Assembly: GCA_964431965.1 (NCBI GenBank)
Contig: CAYSLU010000021.1
Location: 1,698 to 65,697, forward strand
Direction of reading: 5' to 3'
From: an uncultured Verrucomicrobiota bacterium
GTDB lineage: Bacteria > Verrucomicrobiota > Kiritimatiellia > CAIKKV01 > CAYSLU01
DNA: 64,000 bases
Position 1 is the first letter of the stretch. Every line of letters starts with the position of its first letter. Both the position numbers and the translations under genes were made by a program. The notes under the pieces are model-generated. The model was not told where the DNA came from. It ran no database searches and saw only the letters and a list, made by a program, of their open reading frames with translations. Below are positions 10,663 to 20,627 of the stretch, piece after piece.

Positions 10663-12188
10663 GCGAATCTCTGTCGATATCGCGCAACCGCTTGCTGGCC
10701 GGGCTGGTCGTGACGGCTTCGCTGACGCTGGGCCTGGTCCTGACCCTCTACACCGGAGGAATGTCCGGCTGGATCCTGCTGCTGGGGCTCCTGGCGGTCA
10801 GCCTGTTCTTCGCCCGTCCCTCGTCCCTCGTTCCGGTCTACTGGGGGTGGGCGGCGATCGTGAGCTATCTGCGGACCGTCGTGAGCATTCCCGGGATGAG
10901 TTTCGTCGATGAAGCCCTGGTCTCGCTCATGGTCTGCCTGATCGCCGGGAGCCATGTGCTGGGTCGGGCGGGCGACCCCGAGCTCCACCGGGCCAACCGG
11001 CTGTTTGCCGTCCTCCTGATCATCACCGGCGTCTCCGCTGTGGTCAACCGGGTGCCTCCGCTGCCGGCGTTCCACTTCGTGACCACGTACTTCGCCTGCT
11101 TCGCCGTCTTCTACATGACGATCTACTACCCGCCGTCGGTCCGTGCGGTCTTTGCCGCCGTCATCGTCACGTTCATCGCCCAGCTCATCCTCAACTTCAC
11201 GTGGTACGCCGGCGTCAACCCGCTGCCCAACTTCCGCGGTGGAACGGTGGACTTTGCCATCGGATCCTTCGGAAGCTGCGACTTGGTGGCCTACTTCTGC
11301 ATCTTCGTGCTGTTTCTGATGAGAGCGGCCAACCGGTACGCCAGTTCGCTCGCGACGCGGCTGTGGGCGGGAGTGCTGGCGCTTGCCGGCATCTTCCAGC
11401 TGTTCATCACGTTTACGGTGCATGCCTACCTGCTGTTCGTCCTTGGGGTCCTCGTCCAGATGGCGATCGTCTACCGAAGCATGAAGGCCCGCGTGTCCGT
11501 GGCGGTCGGCATGGCGGTCGTCTGTGCCTCCTTCTACTTCTTCAGCGCGACCGATTTCGCCGGCCAGCACGGCTTCGGGCGCTCGGACCTCGTGCTGACG
11601 GCGAACTCCCTGGGTCCGCGTTCGCTGGCCATGTGGTCGGGACCCAAGGGGCAGGTGTACAAGGCCGTCCTGTTCGAATCTCACGAGGATCTGCCGTTTG
11701 TGCCCATCGGCGGCGGCCCCGGGAACTTCGCCAGCCCCATCGCCTCGCAGTACGAGCGCCCCCTGGCCGAGAAGTACGTCAACGTGTTCTTTTCCACATA
11801 CTCGGGGCTCGTGGAGATGTACGGCAGCAGCGTGCTCCAGAGCGTCTTGACCGGCTTTCTGGCGATCTACGGGGACCTGGGATTTGTCGGCATGGCCGTG
11901 TTCTTCGGCCTTCACTTCTATGCGTTCGGCCGGATCCTGTCGCATTACCAGAACGGCCGCTATCGCAGCCGGGAGAAGCGGATGCTGGCCGAGGCGCTGC
12001 TGCCGTCCATGGTTCTCTTCTTCGTCCTGGTGTTCATCACGGACGTGTTCTCGCAGCACCTGATCCAGAGCGGCATCTGGATGTGCGTGGCACTGCTTTG
12101 GAAGGCGGATCTGGCGCCGGCGGCGACTCCGCCGGAGCCGGCGCGTCCAACGCGGGATCCCATGGCCCGCTTCGTGGCTCCGGTCTAG
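10659..12188 (+). CDS. Wzy-like polysaccharide polymerase / polytopic membrane protein
   Basis: About 11-12 TM helices with a late periplasmic loop carrying IGGGPGNF; located among GTs. Confidence 0.6.
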   Translation: MSESLSISRNRLLAGLVVTASLTLGLVLTLYTGGMSGWILLLGLLAVSLFFARPSSLVPVYWGWAAIVSYLRTVVSIPGMSFVDEALVSLMVCLIAGSHVLGRAGDPELHRANRLFAVLLIITGVSAVVNRVPPLPAFHFVTTYFACFAVFYMTIYYPPSVRAVFAAVIVTFIAQLILNFTWYAGVNPLPNFRGGTVDFAIGSFGSCDLVAYFCIFVLFLMRAANRYASSLATRLWAGVLALAGIFQLFITFTVHAYLLFVLGVLVQMAIVYRSMKARVSVAVGMAVVCASFYFFSATDFAGQHGFGRSDLVLTANSLGPRSLAMWSGPKGQVYKAVLFESHEDLPFVPIGGGPGNFASPIASQYERPLAEKYVNVFFSTYSGLVEMYGSSVLQSVLTGFLAIYGDLGFVGMAVFFGLHFYAFGRILSHYQNGRYRSREKRMLAEALLPSMVLFFVLVFITDVFSQHLIQSGIWMCVALLWKADLAPAATPPEPARPTRDPMARFVAPV

Positions 12189-12228
12189 GTCTATTCGTCG
12201 GCCGCGGCGCTCCCCCGTCCGGCCTATC

Positions 12229-13347
12229 GTGATGACTGCGCTTCCGATCGAGCTCGGCCCGATCCTCCTGGATCGCACTGGCTGCATGTACACGCACACC
12301 GGCGTGGCGCGCTACATCAACGGCCTGCAGACCGCGCTGATTGCGGCGGGCTGCGAGGTGCGGCCGTTCCAACCATATCCCGACCTCGCGCTGGCAAGGC
12401 GTACGCCCCGGCGCCCGCTCCGCTCCGTGCTCACCCAGTGGTGGCATGCCGTGCGTCTGCCGGCGCGGCTCGCCCGAGGCCGGCCAGGCGCCGTCGCCCA
12501 CTACACCGCCATGGCGGCGCGCTGTCCGCCGCTGTGCACCGTGATCACGGTGCACGATCTCAACCCGCTGTTCTGTCCCGCCGACTTTTCCAGGTACTCG
12601 CGCTTCATGGGGCGGTGTTACCTGCGGACGCTTGACCGGGCCGATGCCATCATCACCGGCGCCGGATTTGTGCGCGACGAGATGCTCCGCCATCGGCCCG
12701 GGCTGGCGGGTCGCATCCACGTGGTCCATCACGGGTACGCGTTCGAGCCCGCCGGCGCGTCGCCAGCCAAGGAGCCGGGGCTCTTCCTCTTCGTTGGTGG
12801 AATCGGCCCGAACAAGAATCTGGGCCGGGCCATCGCGGCGTTTGCCGCATGCGCCGCGCAGCGGCCGGGGGCTGATATGCGCTTCCTGATCGTCGGTCCG
12901 GTGATCAACCGGCCATACGCCGATGCGCTCGAGCGCCAGGTTCGGTCGGCCGGCCTGGAGCGCCGCGTCCGGTTCCTCGGGGAGCAGCCGGACTCCGTCG
13001 TGGCGGACTGCTACCGCCGGGCGTCCGGATTCGTCTTTGTCTCGCTTCGTGAAGGGTTCGGCTTCCCGGTGCTCGAGGCCCAGGCGAACGGCTGCGCCTG
13101 CATCGCAAGCCGAACGACATCGCTCCCGGAAGTCGGCGGCGACGGGTGCCTCTACGTGGATCCGGAGCGGACAGACGAGATGGCCGATGCCATGGGCCGG
13201 GTGCTGGATGACCCTGCTGGGACCGGGCGGCTCGTCGACCGCGGCCGGCGGAACGCGGCGCGCTTCTCATGGGACGCGTGCGCGCGGGACACGATCGCCG
13301 TCTATCGCGAGGCGCTGGCCCGGCACCGCATGGGGCGGGGCGCATGA
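12229..13347 (+). CDS. Glycosyltransferase family 4 (mannosyltransferase-like)
   Basis: TGVARY, TVHDL, NKNL, EGFGFPVLEA, SLPEVGG. Confidence 0.9.
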   Translation: MMTALPIELGPILLDRTGCMYTHTGVARYINGLQTALIAAGCEVRPFQPYPDLALARRTPRRPLRSVLTQWWHAVRLPARLARGRPGAVAHYTAMAARCPPLCTVITVHDLNPLFCPADFSRYSRFMGRCYLRTLDRADAIITGAGFVRDEMLRHRPGLAGRIHVVHHGYAFEPAGASPAKEPGLFLFVGGIGPNKNLGRAIAAFAACAAQRPGADMRFLIVGPVINRPYADALERQVRSAGLERRVRFLGEQPDSVVADCYRRASGFVFVSLREGFGFPVLEAQANGCACIASRTTSLPEVGGDGCLYVDPERTDEMADAMGRVLDDPAGTGRLVDRGRRNAARFSWDACARDTIAVYREALARHRMGRGA

Positions 13348-13937
13348 TCGCGAGCGCCGACCGCTCGATGCGGATCCTCGCCATCGCGCAGGATTTTTCG
13401 CGGCGCAATCCGTCGGGCTCGGCCTTGCTGCGCCTGCTGAATGTCTTGGTTCGACGGCACGCGGTGACGTGCATGGGCGGGACGCCCCGCCCCGCGGAGA
13501 TGGATCCGGCGATTCGGTACATCCGCGCCTGGCGGCCGCGCCGGGGCGGCGTGCTGGCCGGCTTGCTCGCCTTTCACGCCTCGCACTGGGTGGCGTACCG
13601 CTGGCTGACCGCGGTTCGCGGCGAGCGTTTTGACATCGTGCAGACGATTGACTCCGAGTCGCTTCTGGGGACGGTCGTGACGTTCCACTGCTGTCATGCC
13701 GCATACCTGGAGACGATGGATCGGAGCGGATTGCTGCGGTGGACGGGCTGGCGGGGGCACGCGGCTGCCGCATACACGCGGTTGATCTACCGCTTCCGGG
13801 CCGCCGTGGAGCGGCGCGTCTGCCGGTCGTCGCGCACGGCCGGGATTATTGCCCTGTCGGCGGGCTCGGCCGCGGATGTCGTGCGGCACTACTCGCCGCG
13901 GGCTGCGCCGGTCGTCATCCCGAACTCCATCGCATGA
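13344..13937 (+). CDS. GT4 N-terminal (acceptor-binding) domain as a separate ORF
   Basis: RILAIAQDF, FDIVQT, VTFH, IIALSAGSAADV, ends PVVIPNSIA* at the usual inter-domain point. Confidence 0.65.
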   Translation: MIASADRSMRILAIAQDFSRRNPSGSALLRLLNVLVRRHAVTCMGGTPRPAEMDPAIRYIRAWRPRRGGVLAGLLAFHASHWVAYRWLTAVRGERFDIVQTIDSESLLGTVVTFHCCHAAYLETMDRSGLLRWTGWRGHAAAAYTRLIYRFRAAVERRVCRSSRTAGIIALSAGSAADVVRHYSPRAAPVVIPNSIA

Positions 13938-14479
13938 GCCCGCTTGCATGCCTGTTTGTCGCGCTCGGCGCCTGGCGGCGAAAGGGGCTTCCGCTCATAC
14001 TGGACGCGGTGGCGGCGGCGGATTCTCGTCGCCCGGGGGCATGTAGGCTGCGGGTGGTCGGCGCGCCGGGCCTGGGAGATGACGGCGTGCTGGATGCGCA
14101 CCGGGAGCTGCTGGAGCGGGGGGTGGTGGCTGCCCTGGGCTTCCAGGCGGACGTCGCTCCGGCCTACACCGAGTCGGATGTCCTCTTGGTGGGGTCGCAT
14201 TACGAGACGTGCTCGCTGGTCATGCTGGATGCGCTGAAGCACGGGCTGGCGATCGTCGCCGTACCCGTGCACGGGACGGGTGAAATGGTGCGAGACGGAG
14301 TGAACGGCTTTCTCGTCGACGCGCGCGCCGAAGCGATGGCCGCGCGCATCGTTGAACTCGCGGCCGACCCCGGGCGCCTCGCCGCGATGAAGCGCGAGAG
14401 CCGGGCGCTCGCCGGGCGGTTCGGCGCCGCCGAGCTGGCCCGCGAAACGGAGCGGGCCTACCGCCGGGTGGCCGGATGA
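13934..14479 (+). CDS. GT4 C-terminal (nucleotide-sugar-binding) domain as a separate ORF
   Basis: LFVALGAWRRKGL, LGFQADV, YETCSLVMLDALKHGL, DGVNGFLV; ATGA overlaps on both sides. Confidence 0.7.
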   Translation: MSPLACLFVALGAWRRKGLPLILDAVAAADSRRPGACRLRVVGAPGLGDDGVLDAHRELLERGVVAALGFQADVAPAYTESDVLLVGSHYETCSLVMLDALKHGLAIVAVPVHGTGEMVRDGVNGFLVDARAEAMAARIVELAADPGRLAAMKRESRALAGRFGAAELARETERAYRRVAG

Positions 14480-15690
14480 AGCGCGTCCTCTACTTCGACA
14501 TCAGCGGCCGGGGCGGCGGCTCCAACGTGAGCCTGCGCACGCTCGTTGACGCCCTCGATCCCCTGCGCGTGGAGCCGGTGCTCGCCTTCGGGACGGCGCC
14601 GAGCCCAGCCATCTGGGGGGAGCGCCCCGCGATCTCCATCGCCATGGCGGGACTCGACAACTACGACTTCTTTCCGGCGGGCTGGAACGCCCCGTGGCTG
14701 CACCACCTGGCTTGCTGGCTCTTGCGCCTGCCGCGCGACTACGCAGCGTCGGTCCGGATCGTCCGGCGGATCCGCCCCGACGTCGTTCACGTCAACTGCG
14801 GCCAGGCTATCGCGTTTGGGCTCGCGGCGCGGCGGCTTCGGGTGCCGACCGTCTGGCACGTTCGCGAGCTGGTGTGCCGGAACACGCTGGGCCGGATGCA
14901 GGCCCGCCTCTACGGCGCCTGCGCGGCGCGTGTGATCGTGCCGTCCCATGCGGTGGCCCGGCGCCTGGCCGGATGCCGGTCGCCCGTGCTGGTCATTCCA
15001 AATGCCGCCGCCGTTGCCCCGGTGTCGGACGCTACGGCTGCCGATTTCCGGGCGCAGCATGGCATCCGCCCGGACGCTCTGGCCGTGCTGTTCCTGGGCG
15101 CGTACCAGATTCCCAAGGGTCCGCTGTTCCTGGCCGGAGTCGCCGACCGGCTGACCGACGCACCGATCGTGTTCGTTCTGGCCGGCGAGCCGCCGGCCGC
15201 GCCCTCCGGACCGGCCCACCGAGCTCTGCGCGCAGCGTATCGCGGGCTGGGTGGAGGCCCTGCGCCGGCGGCGCAGATCGCCGCCCGCTGGGGCGAGCAC
15301 GCGCGCGCCGGGCGCGCCGTGTTCACGGGCTACGTTCCGGCGGCGACGGCCATCGGCGCGTGTGACCTCGTCGTCTGTCCGAATCTCGCCGGCGAGTCGT
15401 TCGGCCGTACCGTGGTCGAGGCGAATGCCCTGGGGCGGGCGGTTGTCGCGAGCGAGGTCGAACCGTTCGACGAGACGATCGAGGACGGTGTGACCGGCTG
15501 GCGGCTGCCGCTGAGCGAGGTGCGATGGGCGGCCCGGCTGCGCGGGCTGGCGCGTGAGCCGGAGCGGCTGGCAGCAGCCGGCGAGCGCGCGCGGAACCGG
15601 TCCGCGCGCTACGAGCCAGCCGCCCACGCGGCGCGCCTAATGGCCGTGTACGACGAGGTTGCCGACGGCGCGCCGAAGCTGGCGCGTTGA
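14476..15690 (+). CDS. Glycosyltransferase family 4
   Basis: RPDVVHVN, VWHVRE, ESFGRTVVEANALG, DGVTG. Confidence 0.88.
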   Translation: MKRVLYFDISGRGGGSNVSLRTLVDALDPLRVEPVLAFGTAPSPAIWGERPAISIAMAGLDNYDFFPAGWNAPWLHHLACWLLRLPRDYAASVRIVRRIRPDVVHVNCGQAIAFGLAARRLRVPTVWHVRELVCRNTLGRMQARLYGACAARVIVPSHAVARRLAGCRSPVLVIPNAAAVAPVSDATAADFRAQHGIRPDALAVLFLGAYQIPKGPLFLAGVADRLTDAPIVFVLAGEPPAAPSGPAHRALRAAYRGLGGGPAPAAQIAARWGEHARAGRAVFTGYVPAATAIGACDLVVCPNLAGESFGRTVVEANALGRAVVASEVEPFDETIEDGVTGWRLPLSEVRWAARLRGLAREPERLAAAGERARNRSARYEPAAHAARLMAVYDEVADGAPKLAR

Positions 15691-17048
15691 ACGTGGATTC
15701 GATCATGCCGTTCTGCGACGTCATCCGGATCGACCGGTGGGGTGGGGCGCGCGCCTGGATTGCGTCGCACCTGCCCGAGGGGCGCTTCTCCCGGATCTTC
15801 GTGAAGCCCAACTGGGTGCGGCACGCTGATGACCCGGCCTTTCCGATCGGCGCGCTGGTGACGAGCCCCGGGCTGATCGAGGCCGTCGTTGACGCGTGCA
15901 TCGAGAAGTACCCGGCCGCGGAGCGCATCACGGTGGGCGATGTCCCGCTGCAGAGCTGCGAGTGGGATCGGCTCCGGGAGCAGGCCGGAATTGCACGGCT
16001 CGAGGTGAAGCATCGGGAGGGGCGCGGCCCGGTCGTCGAATGGCGTGACTTGCGGCGCGAGCGATTCGTGCTGCGCGACGGATTCCTTGAGCCCGCCGCC
16101 GAGACGGCTCCGGGCGACCCGCGCGGCTACCGCGAGGTGATCCTCGACGAGTCGAGTTTTCTGGATCCGGTGAGCGATGACGTGTCCCGGTTCCGCGTCT
16201 CCGACTACGATCCCGGCGAGACGACCAGCAGCCATCGCCGAGGCTCGCACCGATACCTGATGTGCGGGAGTGCGCTCGACAGCGATCTCTTCATCAACCT
16301 GCCCAAGATGAAGACGCACCAGAAGACCGGTATCACCGGCGCGCTCAAGAACATCGTGGGGCTGGTCGGCGCGAAGTCGTGTCTCGTGCACCACCGCATG
16401 GGCCGTCCAGCGGCGGGGGGCGATGAGTTTCCGGCCGACGGCTCGGCGTGGGTACAGGCTCAGACGCGGCTGCGCGAGCGGCTGCAGAAGCGCTCCCGGC
16501 TGCTCTTCGCGGCTGGCCGGGCCGCGTGGCGCGTCATCCGGCGCGGCGCGGGGATCGAGACCCGCGGCACGCCGGAGAATCTGGGGAGGCGCATGTACGT
16601 CGGCGCAGGCTCGTGGTACGGCAACGACACGATCTGGCGGATGATCTACGACCTGAACCGGATCATCCGCTATGCCCCGCCGGGCGGCGGCCGGCTGGCG
16701 TCGGCCCCGCAGCGGCGCTACGTGGCATTTCTCGACGGGGTCGTCGCGGGAGAGGGGAACGGCCCGCTCCAGCCGCTGCCCGTGGATGCGCGAGTGGGCA
16801 TGGCCTCGGACGACCCGTTCCGGATGGACCTGGCCATGGCGGCCCTGATGGGATTCGACCCGGCCCGCATTCCGCTGTTCGCCAACATGGCCCTCTTTGG
16901 AGACGCCGAGTGGGGCGCGTTCGACCTGCGGGAGGCCGTGTTTACGGTTGAGGGGAAGCCGTGCGCGGGGGTAGCGGGAGTTCGGGCGATCAAGGCGTTC
17001 GTGCCGCCCCCGGGCTGGCGCGGGCACATCGAGCGGAGGGATGGATGA
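15687..17048 (+). CDS. DUF362 domain protein
   Basis: FVKPNWV, INLPKMKTHQKTGITGALKNIVG, DGVVAGEGNGP motifs. Confidence 0.85.
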   Translation: MNVDSIMPFCDVIRIDRWGGARAWIASHLPEGRFSRIFVKPNWVRHADDPAFPIGALVTSPGLIEAVVDACIEKYPAAERITVGDVPLQSCEWDRLREQAGIARLEVKHREGRGPVVEWRDLRRERFVLRDGFLEPAAETAPGDPRGYREVILDESSFLDPVSDDVSRFRVSDYDPGETTSSHRRGSHRYLMCGSALDSDLFINLPKMKTHQKTGITGALKNIVGLVGAKSCLVHHRMGRPAAGGDEFPADGSAWVQAQTRLRERLQKRSRLLFAAGRAAWRVIRRGAGIETRGTPENLGRRMYVGAGSWYGNDTIWRMIYDLNRIIRYAPPGGGRLASAPQRRYVAFLDGVVAGEGNGPLQPLPVDARVGMASDDPFRMDLAMAALMGFDPARIPLFANMALFGDAEWGAFDLREAVFTVEGKPCAGVAGVRAIKAFVPPPGWRGHIERRDG

Positions 17049-18430
17049 GCGCGGGGGCCTGGGTCCGGCGGGCGCTGTTCTTCGGCGCCAGCCGCGCGAT
17101 CGGCTCGCGAGTCGGAGCCGACTACCGCGAGTGGCTCGCGCTCGAGCGGGCGAGCCCGTCCGCCGTGCGCGGGATGGCGGACCGGCGGCTGGAGGCGATC
17201 CTGGGCCACGCCGCGCGCCACGTGCCGTATTATCGGGATCGCGCCGGGGGGGGCGGTGCGTCCGGGCTGTCCGGTTTTCCGATCCTGACGAAGGACGACA
17301 TCCGAACGCACGCAACGGAGCTCATGACGCCATCGGTGCGGGCGGAGCACGAGGGGGCCGCCCGCCGCCGCGGCTACTCGTGGGTGGCCGTGAAGACCGG
17401 CGGATCCACCGGGGCGCCGACGACGGTGATTCACGACGCCCGGTTCCGCGACCGCGGCCGCGCCAGCCGGCTGTACTCGCAGCGGCTGTGCGGATTTCCG
17501 TTCGGCACGCCGTACTTCCGCCTCTGGGGATCCATGGCCGACATCAACCGGTCGGCCGATTCGTTCAGCCACCGCGCGCTATCGCGCCTCGCGGCTGAGG
17601 TGACGCTGAATGCGTTCCGGATGGGACCGGCGGACATGGATCAGTACCTCGAGCGGATGAAGGGATCGCCGCTTCGGCACCTCATGGCGTACGTTGACGC
17701 GGCGCAGGCCCTGGCCGGGCACGCGCGCCGGACCGGCCGGGCCGTCGGGCGCCTGGAGTCCGTCATGGCATGCGCCGGCACGGTGACGGCCGGCGCGCGC
17801 TCGGAGATCGCCTCCGTCTTTGGCTCGCGCGTTCACAACAAGTACGGCAGCCGGGACTGCACGGACATGGCTTGCGAGTGCGAGCGCGGCGGCCTGCATG
17901 TGTACAGCCACCACGTCCACCTGGAGGTCGTGGGCGACGACGGCCGGGCGCTGCCGGCCGGACAGGCGGGGCGGCTGCTGGTGACGCTGCTCGGGAATCG
18001 AGCCTTTCCGATGATCCGGTACGAAATCGGCGATGTCGGCGCGCTGGCTGATGGGGCGTGCCCGTGCGGGCGCCCGTTCCCGCTGCTCGACCGGCTCGAA
18101 GGCCGCTCGCTGGAGTTTCTGACGTCGGTTGGCGGCGGGTACGTTTCCCCCGTCTACATTCGTCACCTCGTGGGCGTCGTGCACAACCCCGGCTTCATTC
18201 GACGATTCCAGCTCGTTCAGGAAGCGGTCTCGGTGTTCCGCCTTGCGATCGAGCTGGAGTCCGGCGTCGCGGAATCCGCCTTCCGCGAGCTGGAGGCGCG
18301 CATTCGACCCGATCTGCTGGCGGTGCTCGGCGCTGGCGCCGCCCTGGTGATCGAACGCGTCGCGGAGATCGCGCCTTCCGCGAGCGGGAAATTCCTCTAC
18401 ACGGTCAACCGGGCGGGCCAGACCCGGTGA
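17045..18430 (+). CDS. CapK / phenylacetate-CoA ligase-like adenylate-forming protein
   Basis: HVPYY, FPILTK, KTGGSTGAP, YGSRD, PMIRYEIGD, CPCGRPFP, SGKF. Confidence 0.85.
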   Translation: MSAGAWVRRALFFGASRAIGSRVGADYREWLALERASPSAVRGMADRRLEAILGHAARHVPYYRDRAGGGGASGLSGFPILTKDDIRTHATELMTPSVRAEHEGAARRRGYSWVAVKTGGSTGAPTTVIHDARFRDRGRASRLYSQRLCGFPFGTPYFRLWGSMADINRSADSFSHRALSRLAAEVTLNAFRMGPADMDQYLERMKGSPLRHLMAYVDAAQALAGHARRTGRAVGRLESVMACAGTVTAGARSEIASVFGSRVHNKYGSRDCTDMACECERGGLHVYSHHVHLEVVGDDGRALPAGQAGRLLVTLLGNRAFPMIRYEIGDVGALADGACPCGRPFPLLDRLEGRSLEFLTSVGGGYVSPVYIRHLVGVVHNPGFIRRFQLVQEAVSVFRLAIELESGVAESAFRELEARIRPDLLAVLGAGAALVIERVAEIAPSASGKFLYTVNRAGQTR

Positions 18431-19626
18431 GGATCCTCTTCGTCCACACGGGTGCGGATCTCTATGGGGCCAGCCGCTCGCTTCTGCGCCTCGCGGGGCG
18501 GCTGGTTCGCGACGGCCATGCGGCGGCGTGCCTGCTGCCGTATGAGGGGCCTCTGCGCGAGCGCTTGGCGGCGGCCGGAGTGGACGTTCGCATCGACGGC
18601 CGCATGCCGCTGCTCGTGCGCGGCGAGCTGCGCGGAATCGGCGGATGGGTGCGGCTGGCGGTCCGGTCGATCGGCGCGGGCGTCGGCGCGGCGGCCACGG
18701 TCCGCGAATGGAAGCCGGACCTCGTGCATACGAACACGGCGGCTGTGGTTCCGGTCTACGGCCTCGTTGCCCGCATGATGGGCGTGCCGCACGTGGCGCA
18801 CCTGCGCGAGTCCTTTGGCGACTTCGGGCGCCTGTGGAAGCTCTTCCAGTGGGCGGTGTGGCTCGGAGCCTCGCGGATCGTGGCGGTATCCCAGGCGATT
18901 GCGGACCAGGCGACGCCGGCTGTGCGTCGCCGGGTGGTCGTGATTCACAACGGCTTTCCCCGGGAGGAGTTCGAGCCGGTCCCCCCGGAGCGCGTGGAGC
19001 GGTTTCGCCGGCAGTTCGGCTTGGGCGGCTGCCTGCTGGCGGGCGTCGTGGGCCGCATCAAGTTCAAGCGCAAGGGGCAGGAGACGTTCGTTGCGGCGGC
19101 GGAGCTTCTGTCCGCCTGGCATGACCGGGCGCGATTCCTCATCATCGGAAGCCCGTTCCCGGGGAACGAATCGCACCTCCGGCAGCTCAATAGCCTGGTG
19201 AACGAGCTGGGCGTGGGGCGGGTCGTCGTTCTCACCGGAGAAGTCGAGGACATCAAGGCGGCGATCTCGGCGCTTGACGTGCTGGTGCTTCCGTCCGGCC
19301 AGCCGGAGCCGTTCGGGGGCGTGGTGGTGGAAGCCATGGCCCTGGGGCGACCGGTCGTCGGCACCCGGCTCGGCGGGACCGTCGAGCAGGTGGAGGATGG
19401 CGTCACGGGTCTGCTCGTGCCGCCGGATGACCCCTCGGCGCTGGCCGAAGCCATCGGCCGGCTGTTCGGGAGCCCGGAGCGGCGGGCGGAGATGGGGCGG
19501 CTGGGCCGCGAGCGCTACATGCAGCGCTTCGAGTTCGATCCCTTCTATGCGAGCATGATGGCCCTGTATTCGGCGCTCACGGGTGGCAGCCGGAAGACCA
19601 GTCGTTGCGAGGACAAGCAGCTGTGA
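18427..19626 (+). CDS. Glycosyltransferase family 4
   Basis: DLYGASRSL, PDLVHTNT, KGQ, EPFGGVVVEAMALG. Confidence 0.9.
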   Translation: MRILFVHTGADLYGASRSLLRLAGRLVRDGHAAACLLPYEGPLRERLAAAGVDVRIDGRMPLLVRGELRGIGGWVRLAVRSIGAGVGAAATVREWKPDLVHTNTAAVVPVYGLVARMMGVPHVAHLRESFGDFGRLWKLFQWAVWLGASRIVAVSQAIADQATPAVRRRVVVIHNGFPREEFEPVPPERVERFRRQFGLGGCLLAGVVGRIKFKRKGQETFVAAAELLSAWHDRARFLIIGSPFPGNESHLRQLNSLVNELGVGRVVVLTGEVEDIKAAISALDVLVLPSGQPEPFGGVVVEAMALGRPVVGTRLGGTVEQVEDGVTGLLVPPDDPSALAEAIGRLFGSPERRAEMGRLGRERYMQRFEFDPFYASMMALYSALTGGSRKTSRCEDKQL

Positions 19627-20627
19627 GCCATCGCATCCACATCCAGCGTCTGGGCGACGGCTATCTCGACGCTGTTCGCGCCGGCTTCGAGAGCCTCGGG
19701 CTGGGGCGGCGGGTCCGGCCCGGCGATCCGGTGTTCATCAAGCCGAATCTCACGTTTCCCGTCTATCGGCGGGGCGTGATGACCAGCCCGGCCTGCATAG
19801 AGGCGCTCGTGGTGGCGCTGAAGGACTACACGGACCGCATCATCGTGGGCGAGGCCGACTCGGGCGGCTACAACCGGTTCAGCATGGACGCCGTGCTGGA
19901 GAAGACGGGCATCACGGCGCTGCAGCGCACGCACGGCATCCGGGTGGTGAATCTCAGCCGCCTGCCCAGCCGGGAGATCGTCTGCTTGCGGCGGGGGCGG
20001 GAGATCCGGTTTCCATTTCCCGCGCTTATCCTGGACGAGGCGTCGCTCATGGTCTCGGCCGCCGTGCCGAAGATTCACATGAACACGCTGGTGAGCATGA
20101 CGGTGAAGAACCTCTGGGGCTGCATCCCGGAGCCGCCGGTCCGGCTCCGCCTGCACCCCAGCCTCGAGAGCGTGCTCTACGGCATCGTCCGGCAGCTGCC
20201 GCCGACCATCGGCGTGATCGACGGACGGTTCGGCCTGAACCGCAGCGGCCCGCTCCGGGGCGACCCTGTCGCGCTCGGCTGGCTGGCCATGGCGGACGAC
20301 CTCTACGCGGCGGATGTCGCGGGCTGCCATCTGATCGGCATCGACCCGCGTCGCGTGTACTACCTGCGGGACGTCCAGTCGCGCGACTACCGGATGCCCG
20401 GACTGGCGGATCTGGAGTTCAGCCGGGATTGGCTCCCGTTCCGGGCCGACCCGCCGTTTCACCTCCGGCGCGCCTGGACCGACTACCCGGGCGCGATGGC
20501 CTTCCGCTCGCCACTCCTGGCCTACATCGCCTACCGCTCGCCTCTGGCGCGCGCCCTGCACCGCCTGCTGTATGTGTTCCGTGAGCCCTTCTATGACTAC
20601 GACGACCCCGGCCAGACCGCCGAGTGA
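19623..20627 (+). CDS. DUF362 domain protein (second paralog)
   Basis: VFIKPNLT, GVMTSP, VPKIHMNTLVSMTVKNLWG, IDG...GP. Confidence 0.82.
   Translation: MSHRIHIQRLGDGYLDAVRAGFESLGLGRRVRPGDPVFIKPNLTFPVYRRGVMTSPACIEALVVALKDYTDRIIVGEADSGGYNRFSMDAVLEKTGITALQRTHGIRVVNLSRLPSREIVCLRRGREIRFPFPALILDEASLMVSAAVPKIHMNTLVSMTVKNLWGCIPEPPVRLRLHPSLESVLYGIVRQLPPTIGVIDGRFGLNRSGPLRGDPVALGWLAMADDLYAADVAGCHLIGIDPRRVYYLRDVQSRDYRMPGLADLEFSRDWLPFRADPPFHLRRAWTDYPGAMAFRSPLLAYIAYRSPLARALHRLLYVFREPFYDYDDPGQTAE

Noticed and set aside
17246-17253. Poly-G tracts (capK G8, asnB G7, prc G8, 48777-48785 G9) as phase-variation switches
   Set aside because: G7-G9 runs recur throughout this very GC-rich window, including in housekeeping genes, and the ORFs are in frame; no evidence without read-level length variation
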